Of a stretch of 64,000 bases of DNA, positions 10,009-18,499 are shown in pieces. The notes beneath the pieces were generated by a model. That model made no database searches. It saw only the letters and a program-made list of their open reading frames with translations, and was not told the origin of the DNA. A program made the translations under genes and the position numbers. The stretch spans positions 59,200 to 123,199 of the forward strand of contig JAMPAY010000003.1 in assembly GCA_023666945.1 (NCBI GenBank), in the 5' to 3' direction. Numbering within the stretch: position 1 is the stretch's first letter; each line of letters begins with the position of its first letter. Origin of the DNA: Paludibacter sp. GTDB taxonomy: Bacteria > Bacteroidota > Bacteroidia > Bacteroidales > Paludibacteraceae.

Positions 10009-10016
10009 CAAAGGTA
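10009..10016 (-). promoter_or_regulatory. -7 promoter box (plus strand CAAAGGTA = TACCTTTG on minus) for the CotH-like gene
   Basis: 42 nt upstream of ATG at 9967 on minus strand. Confidence 0.4.
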
Positions 10017-10079
10017 CAACAATTTACGCCGATGAGCAAACCTATGCACAAGAACATATCCATACTCTACAAAAACACA

Positions 10080-10108
10080 ACAAGAGAGAACCCGAAAGGC
10101 TCTCTCTT
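10080..10108 (-). terminator. Hairpin terminator downstream of pckA (stem CAAGAGAGAACC / GGCTCTCTCTTG, loop CGAAA)
   Basis: 12-bp stem with one mismatch, 29 nt after pckA stop, T-rich tract on minus strand. Confidence 0.5.
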
Positions 10109-10136
10109 GCATATATTCCACTGTAAGGAACTGATA

Positions 10137-11747
10137 TTATTTTTCCAGCGAAGGACCGGCAGCAACGAGTGCCTTACCTGCTTCATTGCCTTCGTACTTA
10201 GCAAAGTTCTTAATGAAACGACCTGCCAAATCTTCAGCCTTTGTGCTCCATTCTTCTGCATTCGCATAAGTATCGCGAGGATCAAGAATCTTAGGATCAA
10301 CTCCCGGCAACTCTGTAGGAACTTCGAAATTGAAATAAGGAATAGTCTTGGTGGGAGCAGACAGAATTGCGCCATCAAGGATAGCATCGATGATACCACG
10401 TGTATCGCGGATAGAGATACGTTTGCCTGTTCCGTTCCAACCGGTATTAACGAGATATGCCTTAGCACCTGATTGTTCCATTTTCTTCACCAATTCTTCA
10501 GCATACTTTGTAGGATGCAACTCCAAGAAAGCCTGACCGAAGCAAGCAGAGAAAGTAGGAGTAGGTTCTGTAATACCACGTTCGGTACCTGCCAACTTAG
10601 CAGTGAAACCACTCAAGAAGTAGTATTTAGTCTGCTCTGGAGTCAAAATACTTACCGGAGGCAATACACCGAAAGCATCGGCCGACAAGAAGATTACATT
10701 CTTGGCAGCAGGACCTGCAGAAACGGGGCGTACAATATTCTCAATATGATTGATAGGATACGACACGCGTGTATTCTCGGTAGTACTCTTGTCGGTGAAA
10801 TCGATTTTACCGTTCTCGTCAACTGTTACATTCTCGAGAAGAGCATCGCGACGAATAGCATTGTAAATATCAGGCTCCGACTCTTTATCAAGATTGATAA
10901 CCTTTGCATAGCAACCGCCCTCGAAATTGAAAACGCCATTATCGTCCCAACCGTGTTCGTCATCACCAATAAGCAGACGTTTAGGATCGGTAGAAAGAGT
11001 AGTTTTACCCGTACCGGACAAGCCGAAGAAGATAGCGGTATTCTCACCATTCTTATCGGTATTTGCAGAGCAGTGCATAGAAGCGATACCTTGGAGGGGC
11101 AGATAGTAGTTCATCATAGAGAACATACCTTTCTTCATTTCGCCACCATACCAAGTGTTGATGATTACTTGCTCGCGGCTGGTAGTATTGAATGCTACGC
11201 AAGTTTCTGAGTTAAGACCTAATTCTTTGTAGTTCTCTACTTTCGCTTTGGAAGCGTTGTAGATTACAAAGTTAGGTTCGAAGTTTTCCAACTCCTCAGC
11301 CGTAGGTTGAATAAACATGTTGGTAACAAAGTGTGCTTGCCATGCCACCTCAACGATGAAACGTACAGCCATGCGTGTATCTTTGTTTGCTCCGCAGAAA
11401 GCATCAACAACAAAGAGACGTTTGTTGCACAACTCTTTCTTTGCGATTTCTTTAACGACAGCCCATGTTTCTTCCGACATCGGGTGATTGTCGTTTTTGT
11501 ATGCATCGGATGTCCACCACACGTTATTGTGGCTCTGAGCATCGTCTACGATGTATTTGTCTTTAGGTGAACGACCTGTGTAAACACCGGTCATAACATT
11601 TACTGCACCAAGTTCGGTGAGTTGTCCTTTGTCAAATCCGGTCAATCCTTCTTTGGTTTCTTCTGCAAACAGAACCTCATAAGACGGATTGTGCAGGATT
11701 TCAGTGGTACCAGTGATACCATACTGAGTCAAATCTAAATTCTTCAT
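10137..11747 (-). CDS. pckA: Phosphoenolpyruvate carboxykinase (ATP)
   Basis: [13 protein letters not shown]...[16 protein letters not shown]-terminus, [11 protein letters not shown] kinase-1a motif, throughout PEPCK-ATP-like. ORF extends to 11810, but the internal Met at 11747 matches the conserved N-terminus. Confidence 0.9.
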   Translation of the reverse strand: MKNLDLTQYGITGTTEILHNPSYEVLFAEETKEGLTGFDKGQLTELGAVNVMTGVYTGRSPKDKYIVDDAQSHNNVWWTSDAYKNDNHPMSEETWAVVKEIAKKELCNKRLFVVDAFCGANKDTRMAVRFIVEVAWQAHFVTNMFIQPTAEELENFEPNFVIYNASKAKVENYKELGLNSETCVAFNTTSREQVIINTWYGGEMKKGMFSMMNYYLPLQGIASMHCSANTDKNGENTAIFFGLSGTGKTTLSTDPKRLLIGDDEHGWDDNGVFNFEGGCYAKVINLDKESEPDIYNAIRRDALLENVTVDENGKIDFTDKSTTENTRVSYPINHIENIVRPVSAGPAAKNVIFLSADAFGVLPPVSILTPEQTKYYFLSGFTAKLAGTERGITEPTPTFSACFGQAFLELHPTKYAEELVKKMEQSGAKAYLVNTGWNGTGKRISIRDTRGIIDAILDGAILSAPTKTIPYFNFEVPTELPGVDPKILDPRDTYANAEEWSTKAEDLAGRFIKNFAKYEGNEAGKALVAAGPSLEK

Positions 11748-11857
11748 ATCCTTTAAATAATTAAATAGGTTTATATGCTTAATCCTTGCCTTATCCGTGA
11801 TATTCGTCACCGCAACTTCGTTTCTTATTTACTCAAAAACCACTTCTTAAGGCGATA

Positions 11858-11865
11858 CAAAAGTA
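11858..11865 (-). promoter_or_regulatory. -7 box (plus CAAAAGTA = TACTTTTG on minus) for pckA
   Basis: Consensus match in divergent intergenic region, ~110 nt upstream of pckA ATG. Confidence 0.35.
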
Positions 11866-12055
11866 CAATTATTATTTCAATCCCACAAATAGCATTACAG
11901 ATTTATTTCCGTAATATTTCCGTTTGCCAATTCCGCCCGTCAAGTTATTCGTAATTTTGCAAAGCAGATGTTACAAAACAGAGAAAGTTACGTGTTTTTA
12001 TGCTAAAAAGCATATTTTTCTACACATAACTATTGCGTATATGAAAAAAGTGCCG

Positions 12056-12063
12056 TACTTTTG
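12056..12063 (+). promoter_or_regulatory. -7 promoter box TACTTTTG for lipoprotein-rSAM operon
   Basis: TAnnTTTG consensus, ~125 nt upstream of ATG 12189. Confidence 0.4.
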
Positions 12064-12108
12064 CACCGTGTTTTTCATGGTATTAGATTTAAGGTTAAGT
12101 AAAGATTG

Positions 12109-12138
12109 GGTTGTCGGGATGACAACCTTTCTTTTTTT
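12109..12138 (+). terminator. Intrinsic-terminator-like hairpin inside the 5' leader (GGTTGTC-GGGAT-GACAACC followed by TTTCTTTTTTTAT)
   Basis: Perfect 7-bp GC-containing stem plus 11-nt T tract. Lies between the candidate promoter and the start codon. No upstream plus-strand gene to terminate, so it is a possible attenuator or leader sRNA. Confidence 0.45.
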
Positions 12139-12188
12139 ATATACATGTCTTAACAGACACATATAGTATACACACAATCTATATCAAT

Positions 12189-12746
12189 ATGAAACAAACA
12201 GGATATAAACTCAAGAACAGACTACTAACTAAGATAAATCTGCTATTAGGTACTCTTATAGCATTATTGGGCATTGGTTGCAAAAGTCAGAAAGTCGTTA
12301 TAGAGAAACAAGAGATCGGAGATACAGTATCCGTAATAGAAGAGAATAATCGTATTGTAGCCATGTATGGTATTCCCAGTGCAAAATATGTAATAGAAGG
12401 TGCTATTACCAATCGTTCCAACGAACCCTTAGAGGGCAAGCAAGTGATTGTGCATACCAATACCTATAGCATAGATACACTCTACACGAATAATGACGGT
12501 CGTTTTGAGAGTAGTTCCTACGGATTCCCGACCGACAGTGTAACCATAGAAGTAAACGATCCCGAGCACCTCTATGAATCCACTCAAAAGAAAGCCGCAG
12601 TTGTTTACGACGACAAAAAAGATACTTGGAACTACGGAACAGGCAAGGTTTCCGTAAATATACATTTACAGAAAACAAAGTCGGACATGTCGCAAATAAG
12701 AGTAAAATACGGCATTCCACATTCGTCTGTACCCACAAAGGAGTAA
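12189..12746 (+). CDS. Radical-SAM-associated putative lipoprotein (resembles the TIGR04133-type family from memory) with CarbopepD_reg-like beta-sandwich segment
   Basis: Lipobox LLGIGCKS. EGAITNRSNEPLEGKQVIVHTNTYSIDTLYTNNDGRFE resembles the carboxypeptidase-regulatory-like domain. YGIP motif appears twice (MYGIPSAKY and KYGIPHSS). Stop is 2 nt before the rSAM start. Confidence 0.55.
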   Translation: MKQTGYKLKNRLLTKINLLLGTLIALLGIGCKSQKVVIEKQEIGDTVSVIEENNRIVAMYGIPSAKYVIEGAITNRSNEPLEGKQVIVHTNTYSIDTLYTNNDGRFESSSYGFPTDSVTIEVNDPEHLYESTQKKAAVVYDDKKDTWNYGTGKVSVNIHLQKTKSDMSQIRVKYGIPHSSVPTKE

Positions 12747-12747
12747 G

Positions 12748-13824
12748 ATGTATATGAATATAAGACTGAAAATTGCCCTTGAACTGGAGCGTCTCAGACG
12801 TAATAATCTGAAGACACTACATCCGTTGCAACAATTGTTTTGGGAATCGACCCTTCGTTGTAATGTAAACTGTCTGCACTGTGGCAGCGACTGCAAGAGT
12901 GCTCCCACCCACAAGGACATGCCGGCAGAAGATTTTCTGCGCGTAATAGACAGCATTATGCCTCATGTCAATCCGAACGAGGTGATGATAGTAATCTCCG
13001 GTGGCGAACCACTGATGCGCAATGATATAGAAGAAGTGGGACATGCACTGCATAAACGCGGTTTTCCTTGGGGCATGGTTACCAATGGGCTTGCCCTCAC
13101 TCCCGAACGTTTCAGACGCCTACGTCAAGCAGGATTATGCTCCATGACCGTAAGTTTGGACGGTTTGGAAAAGGAACATAATTGGATGCGCGGTAATCGT
13201 CTTAGTTTTTCCGCTACCAGCAGAGCCATACAACTTGCCGCTGGTGACCCTACGCTGGTGTGGGACGTAGTAACTTGCGTAAACAAGCGAAACTTAAAAC
13301 AGTTGCCTGCCTTGCGCGATTATCTATGGAGTATAGGGGTAAGGAATTGGCGACTATTCGGCATTGACCCCATGGGACGTGCCAAAGATAATCCGGAACT
13401 ACTATTAGAGAACTCCCAATTTGTAGAACTACTTGAATTTATCAAAGCAGAGCGATTGGCAGGCAGACATGTATCGTATAGTTGCGAAGGCTTTTTAGGC
13501 ACTTATGAGGGCGAAGTACGCGACCACTTGTATCAGTGCGCTGCCGGCATCAGTGTTGCTTCCATATTGATAGACGGAAGTATCTCTGCCTGTACCTCCA
13601 TACGCGGAAAATACTACCAAGGAAATATCTACAAAGATGATTTTTGGGACGTGTGGGATAATGGTTTTCGCAATTATCGTGATCGCAGTTGGATGAAAAA
13701 GCAAGAGCCTTGCAATAGTTGTAAACTATTCCGCTATTGTGAGGGCAACGGTATGCATCTGCGAGAAGAGAACGGTGAACTAATGCTTTGCCATCTGCAA
13801 CGCATAGAACACGAACGACAGTAA
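12748..13824 (+). CDS. Radical SAM / SPASM-domain protein (peptide- or protein-modifying maturase-like)
   Basis: CNVNCLHC (Cx3Cx2C) near N-terminus. Cys-rich C-terminal region (CAAGISV..SACTS...CNSCKLFRYCEGNG...C) typical of a SPASM auxiliary cluster domain. Confidence 0.8.
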   Translation: MYMNIRLKIALELERLRRNNLKTLHPLQQLFWESTLRCNVNCLHCGSDCKSAPTHKDMPAEDFLRVIDSIMPHVNPNEVMIVISGGEPLMRNDIEEVGHALHKRGFPWGMVTNGLALTPERFRRLRQAGLCSMTVSLDGLEKEHNWMRGNRLSFSATSRAIQLAAGDPTLVWDVVTCVNKRNLKQLPALRDYLWSIGVRNWRLFGIDPMGRAKDNPELLLENSQFVELLEFIKAERLAGRHVSYSCEGFLGTYEGEVRDHLYQCAAGISVASILIDGSISACTSIRGKYYQGNIYKDDFWDVWDNGFRNYRDRSWMKKQEPCNSCKLFRYCEGNGMHLREENGELMLCHLQRIEHERQ

Positions 13825-13845
13825 CCATCGTAACAGAGTATTCTT

Positions 13846-14751
13846 ATGCATATTCATATAATATCGCCCTCCGGTGCAATAGAACCCCAATACATAGACA
13901 ATGCTTATTCCGTACTACGCCAACAAGGTTATCGTGTTAGCATGAGCCCCCATGCCAAAGGACGCTACGGGCGTTTTTCCGGCACAGAGGAAGAACGTCT
14001 TGCAGACCTGAATGCAGCATTAGACAATCCTGATATTGATATTATACTATGTAGCAGGGGGGGCTACGGAATGGCACAAATAGTTGACAGCATACAATTG
14101 CCGAAAACACATCGTCCGATGGTGATTGGTTTTAGCGACATTACGTGTCTGCACAATCTACTGGGACAAAAAGATATTCCGTCGTTACACGCCATTATGA
14201 CCAAGCATATTGCCACACTCCCTAAAGACGCTCCCGCCCTACAAAGTCTGTGGCAATGTCTGCGAGGGGAAGATATCGACTATAGACTTCCATCTCATCC
14301 GCTAAACAAAACAGGTGTGACACAAGGCATATTGCGCGGCGGGAATTTATCGGTTCTCTACGGTTTGCAAGGAACCCCCTACGCCATCAATACGAAAAGG
14401 GACACTATTCTGTTTATAGAAGATATTTGCGAACGCCATTACCATGTTGACCGAATGCTGCAGAACTTACGCTTGAGCGGTGTATTGAGCAAACTGAAAG
14501 GACTTATTGTCGGTCAATTCACTGATTGCGATGATGACCCCAGCATGCGAGAGAGTCTTCAAGAGAGTATAATGAAAGCCGTGAGTGAATATGATTACCC
14601 TGTTGTATTCGACTTTCCTGCCGGGCATGTAGAGTATAATTTGCCCTTACTGATGAATCAGAGTTGCCAACTAAGCATAACACCCGATGAGGTGCATTTC
14701 AGACAAGAAGCAGTACTATATCAATCAACAAATAATAAACATATTGTATGA
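13846..14751 (+). CDS. ldcA: LD-carboxypeptidase (peptidase S66, muramoyltetrapeptide carboxypeptidase)
   Basis: CSRGGYG motif, GFSDITCL nucleophile motif, C-terminal FPAGH(V) motif. Confidence 0.75.
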   Translation: MHIHIISPSGAIEPQYIDNAYSVLRQQGYRVSMSPHAKGRYGRFSGTEEERLADLNAALDNPDIDIILCSRGGYGMAQIVDSIQLPKTHRPMVIGFSDITCLHNLLGQKDIPSLHAIMTKHIATLPKDAPALQSLWQCLRGEDIDYRLPSHPLNKTGVTQGILRGGNLSVLYGLQGTPYAINTKRDTILFIEDICERHYHVDRMLQNLRLSGVLSKLKGLIVGQFTDCDDDPSMRESLQESIMKAVSEYDYPVVFDFPAGHVEYNLPLLMNQSCQLSITPDEVHFRQEAVLYQSTNNKHIV

Positions 14752-15185
14752 AAAAGACTATTTTAGCATTGGTCGCACTAATAGTCGGCTCTATAGCCGG
14801 CTCTGCGCAAATCAACGAGATTGTAGGGGAATGGTATACAGTGGACGACAAGACCGGGGAGAGTTATTCTGTAGTAAGTATCTACAAAGGAAGCAACGGA
14901 AAATACTACGGTAAAATTACCGAGATGTTACTTCCCGGAACCGAAGATGAAATCTGTACCGCCTGCAAAGATGAGGACAAGAACAAACGCATCTTAGGCA
15001 TGGTAATAATACGCGACATGGTTGAGAAAGACGGTGTATTGAGCGGAGGCAAAGTATTAGACCCTGACAATGGTAAATTCTACTACGGGAAAATCTATAT
15101 TGAGAATGGCAAACTCGCTTTGCGCGGTTCGTTAGACAAGTGGGGAGCCTTAGGACGTACCCAATTTTGGAAAAAGAAGAAATAA
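14748..15185 (+). CDS. Secreted DUF2147-family protein
   Basis: Signal peptide. GEWYTVDD...YKGSNGKYYGKI...GKIYIENGKLALRG pattern. ATGA overlap with ldcA. Confidence 0.5.
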   Translation: MKKTILALVALIVGSIAGSAQINEIVGEWYTVDDKTGESYSVVSIYKGSNGKYYGKITEMLLPGTEDEICTACKDEDKNKRILGMVIIRDMVEKDGVLSGGKVLDPDNGKFYYGKIYIENGKLALRGSLDKWGALGRTQFWKKKK

Positions 15186-15350
15186 GAAAAGATCTATTTA
15201 TTATCTTATGAAAGGTAGCATAGTTTGTATAAAACCATGCTACCTTTTATATTTACTGCTCACCATGAGCGACATTTAGCAATGTACGGCTCTCTACAAA
15301 AAAGATGAAAACACTATTGAGATTTCCATTCTATTTGCTCAAGCAACCGA

Positions 15351-15426
15351 TTTTGTCAGAATGAAAGGTCGACGAGATCTCGTTACGGTCTCGTTACGGT
15401 CTCGTAATGATCTCGTACACCTGATT
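15351..15426. repeat. Intergenic iteron repeat element, copy B (reverse orientation relative to copy A). Contains the palindrome ACGAGATCTCGT and tandem CGGTCTCGTTA units.
   Basis: Reverse complement aligns with 4880-4950 across the iteron array and the flanking TCATTCTGNCAAAA. Confidence 0.7.
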
Positions 15427-15641
15427 ATGCACAAGTTGTAAGCACATAATGCATAAAGAATAAGAAAAAGTATTGCAATTTACAAAAAAGACTATCATTT
15501 AGCCAAACTCCACAAGAAGGTATACACGGAAGATAGAAAAATATCTTACAGAAAATACTGAGCGCCAAGAAATTACACAATACAAGAGAAAAAATATCGC
15601 ATTTCATAGAACAAGTAGTTGTATGATTAAAAAAATAAGTA

Positions 15642-15649
15642 TACCTTTG
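15642..15649 (+). promoter_or_regulatory. -7 promoter box TACCTTTG for fur/perR-rubrerythrin operon
   Basis: 43 nt upstream of ATG 15692. Confidence 0.45.
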
Positions 15650-15691
15650 CCAAGGAATTAGAATGATTCTAAAGTTTAGAATGATTACTAT

Positions 15692-16126
15692 ATGATAAAT
15701 AATACCTCCATAGATTTTAACGCACGGGATTACCTCCAGACCCATGGCATAAGTCCTTCGTTGGCTCGTATAGCGATAGCGGAAGATTTGCATCGTCATC
15801 GTCAGCATGCCACTGCGGAGGCTATTTATGAGCGTATCAGCAAGCAGAATTTAAATCTATCGCGTGCAACGGTATACAATACCCTCAACCTATTTGCAGA
15901 AAAAGGAGCGATACGCAGTATCAACATAGACGGCAAATATACCCGCTATGATTTTGTGACCGATTTTCATGCCCATTTTCGCTGCAGGATATGCGGAGCA
16001 ATAGAAGACATCGCCATAGCCAATCGTCCGCTATTCTCCAACATGCCGGCGGCAACCATAGAAACAGAAGAATACTACATCAGCGGCATTTGCCCAAGAT
16101 GCAAGCAAAACATCATAAAACAATAA
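15692..16126 (+). CDS. Fur-family metalloregulator (PerR/Fur-like)
   Basis: N-terminal winged-HTH region ([15 protein letters not shown]), HAHF..CxxC and C-terminal CPRC metal sites. Sits upstream of a rubrerythrin, which suggests a PerR-like role. Confidence 0.75.
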   Translation: MINNTSIDFNARDYLQTHGISPSLARIAIAEDLHRHRQHATAEAIYERISKQNLNLSRATVYNTLNLFAEKGAIRSINIDGKYTRYDFVTDFHAHFRCRICGAIEDIAIANRPLFSNMPAATIETEEYYISGICPRCKQNIIKQ

Positions 16127-16146
16127 CTTATAAAAAACAAACAACT

Positions 16147-16695
16147 ATGCAAAAAAAATGGATGTGCAGCGTGTGCGGTTATGTACACGAAGGTGCCAAC
16201 CCACCAGAGTTCTGCCCTCAGTGCAAACAACCCGCTTCTAAATTTGTAGAAGTAAACGAAGAGAAACTGTCTTTCGCTACAGAGCACGTAATCGGCGTAG
16301 CCAAAGGTTGCGATGAAGAAATGATTAACGACCTGAATGCTCACTTTATGGGCGAAGCGACCGAAGTAGGAATGTATTTGGCAATGAGTCGTCAAGCCGA
16401 TCGTGAGGGTTACCCTGAAATAGCCGAAGCCTTCAAACGCTACGCTTTTGAAGAAGCAGAGCATTGTGCTAAATTTGCAGAATTGCTCGGTGATGTAGTT
16501 TGGGATACGAAGACCAATTTAGAGAAACGTATGATGGCTGAAAATGGTGCTTGCGCAGATAAGTTCCGTATTGCCAAACGTGCTAAAGAACTGAACCTTG
16601 ACGCTATTCACGACACTGTTCATGAGATGGCTAAAGACGAGGCTCGTCATGGTCATGGTTTCGAAGGACTCTTTAACCGCTACTTTGGCAAATAA
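16147..16695 (+). CDS. rbr: Reverse rubrerythrin (N-terminal rubredoxin-like CxxC...CxxC, C-terminal ferritin-like di-iron domain)
   Basis: [12 protein letters not shown]...CPQC followed by EATEVGMY...EEAEHCAKF...EARHGHGF E/ExxH di-iron motifs. Domain order is inverted relative to classical Rbr. Real start at 16147, not ORF start 15991. Confidence 0.8.
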   Translation: MQKKWMCSVCGYVHEGANPPEFCPQCKQPASKFVEVNEEKLSFATEHVIGVAKGCDEEMINDLNAHFMGEATEVGMYLAMSRQADREGYPEIAEAFKRYAFEEAEHCAKFAELLGDVVWDTKTNLEKRMMAENGACADKFRIAKRAKELNLDAIHDTVHEMAKDEARHGHGFEGLFNRYFGK

Positions 16696-16723
16696 ACCCG
16701 ACGCAGCGATATATTACAACAGA

Positions 16724-16762
16724 AAACAGACTGCCCAACTTTCGTTGTCAGGCAGTCTGTTT
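16724..16762. terminator. Bidirectional terminator hairpin (AAACAGACTGCC ... GGCAGTCTGTTT)
   Basis: 12-bp perfect stem between convergent rbr (+) and the TonB_C gene (-). T-rich flanks. Confidence 0.6.
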
Positions 16763-16768
16763 CTGCAT

Positions 16769-17224
16769 TTAATTCAGCCGGAAATCAACGGGTAAAGCGA
16801 AACTCACCCTTACAGGCTTCCCGTCTTGCATTCCCGGTGACCAATCGGGCATTGTGGCAACAACCCGCAAAGCCTCTGCATCCAACTCTTGGTTTCCCGA
16901 TGATTGTGCGATAGCAGCATCTTGGACATCACCGTCTTTACCAATAACAAAACTGCACACCACACGCCCTTCGATACCTGCCCGAGAGGCACTATCGGGA
17001 TAAGAGAGCATTGAAGACAAGTACTGAAATAAGGCGATTTGCCCTCCCGGAAACTCCGGCATGGTTTCGCACACCATCAGTATGGGTTCTGACTGTTCGG
17101 TTGCCACAACAATCGTTGAATCTGCATTGTCAGCAGCAACCGTTTTGTCGGCAGCCTTAGTACATCCGAGCAAGATGAGACATGCAGACATACATGCAAA
17201 ATAATACGCTTTCATTGTTTTCAT
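16769..17224 (-). CDS. TonB C-terminal-domain lipoprotein
   Basis: Lipobox LLGCTK. MPEFPGG...GIEGRVVCSFVIGKDGDV...KPVRVSFALPVDF matches the TonB_C fold signature. ATG abuts the stop of the upstream regulator, so it is an operon. Confidence 0.6.
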   Translation of the reverse strand: MKTMKAYYFACMSACLILLGCTKAADKTVAADNADSTIVVATEQSEPILMVCETMPEFPGGQIALFQYLSSMLSYPDSASRAGIEGRVVCSFVIGKDGDVQDAAIAQSSGNQELDAEALRVVATMPDWSPGMQDGKPVRVSFALPVDFRLN

Positions 17225-18220
17225 TTAATTTATGGTTATTTGTATGAGTTTATGACGTAATTCGGCAGCAGTGGTACCAAACTTTGCCGCAGTACGTGTT
17301 TTCTTATTCGATATACTCTGAGGACTTAAATGCATCATCCCAGCAATTTCTTTTGCTGAAAAACCGAGCATCACCAAGACACAGAAACGCACTTCCGATT
17401 CGCTCAAGTCGGGACATTCCTCTCCTATCTTATCGACCGCCTTATATAACCAAGCGTTGACAAAATCCTTCATCCGCTCGTAATCTTTCCAACAGATACA
17501 TTCCTCTATATCGGCTTGAGATAGGAGCGTTCGGATATTCTTTTCGACATCTTCCTCGGTAATTGATACAGGTATTGTACGCCCTCTTCTATAATATCCC
17601 ACCATCCACAGAACACCAATAGCCAACAGAACAAGTGCAGAGGCAAGACCGATCCACACCCCACTATATGCCCGCGATGTTGTTTGCCACGTGATTTCAT
17701 CTTGCAGATGGCGAATGACAGACAGATAGACATCGGACTCGGTGGTATGTTGCAATTGCTCTGCCAACAATGCCGTTTCTACCAATGCAAGCGGGAAATA
17801 GACAGAATCGCGTGCTGCAAGTAAATGGTCTGCCGCTTGCCTATAAGATACTAATGCCAAAGAGTCTTTGCATTGCCACTTATAAACACCGGCTTTATGC
17901 AAACTACTATGCCCCAACAATGAAAAATCGCTCGTCAAACTATCGACACGACCATAGAACTGCACAGCCTCATCGTACCGACAATGTTTTTCCGCATCAC
18001 GCCCCAACCAATAAAGAGCCTTAGCGTGCCAAGCCGCCAAATGCGGTTCATCCAATAGTGCAACGATATTGTACAACCTTGCAGAATCCAACGAAGTATC
18101 GGTTTCATAATTAGCACTTATCGAATCTACTGTAGCGATAGCCTCTCTAATATTTGCAGGACGACAACAACCCAACATCATCAAGCCTAAAAAATATACA
18201 CCCGTGCGTTTCATACTCAT
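17225..18220 (-). CDS. Membrane-anchored one-component regulator: periplasmic helical/TPR-like N-domain, single TM, cytoplasmic LuxR-type HTH
   Basis: Signal/lipobox-like N-terminus (LGLMMLGCC). TM segment VWIGLASALVLLAIGVLWMVGYY. C-terminal LSESEVRFCVLVMLGFSAKEIAGMMHLSPQSISNKKTRTAAKFG is LuxR/GerE-like HTH. Confidence 0.6.
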   Translation of the reverse strand: MSMKRTGVYFLGLMMLGCCRPANIREAIATVDSISANYETDTSLDSARLYNIVALLDEPHLAAWHAKALYWLGRDAEKHCRYDEAVQFYGRVDSLTSDFSLLGHSSLHKAGVYKWQCKDSLALVSYRQAADHLLAARDSVYFPLALVETALLAEQLQHTTESDVYLSVIRHLQDEITWQTTSRAYSGVWIGLASALVLLAIGVLWMVGYYRRGRTIPVSITEEDVEKNIRTLLSQADIEECICWKDYERMKDFVNAWLYKAVDKIGEECPDLSESEVRFCVLVMLGFSAKEIAGMMHLSPQSISNKKTRTAAKFGTTAAELRHKLIQITIN

Positions 18221-18449
18221 ATATAAGATAACTATTATTAAGGTTATTTTCGGAGCAATACCCTCATCGAATTAGCGATTATAGGATAAAGCATGGCAAA
18301 GATACAACATTAAGTGCATGCCGAACAAATTTAAGCATACGACAAACAGATTTATAAAGCACTGATAATCTGCATTAGTCAAACAAAATAAGCGACAACA
18401 GTACATTTTAGAACGACATTGAAAGAAAACTACCCGACATAAAAAGAAC

Positions 18450-18480
18450 AAAGGCTGCCTGCAAAATGCAAGCAGCCTTT
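18450..18480 (-). terminator. Terminator hairpin downstream of gldJ-like gene
   Basis: AAAGGCTGCCTGCA / TGCAAGCAGCCTTT stem (one mismatch) followed on minus strand by TTCTTTTTATG. Confidence 0.55.
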
Positions 18481-18499
18481 ATAATTTATACGAACCAAA

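Noticed and set aside
15425-15808. 127-aa minus-strand ORF in the perR upstream region
   Set aside because: Hydrophobic low-complexity translation overlapping the perR promoter and start. No promoter of its own. Likely non-coding.
16598-16795. 65-aa ORF spanning the rbr terminator
   Set aside because: Crosses a strong bidirectional hairpin terminator into the convergent gene. Not credible as coding.
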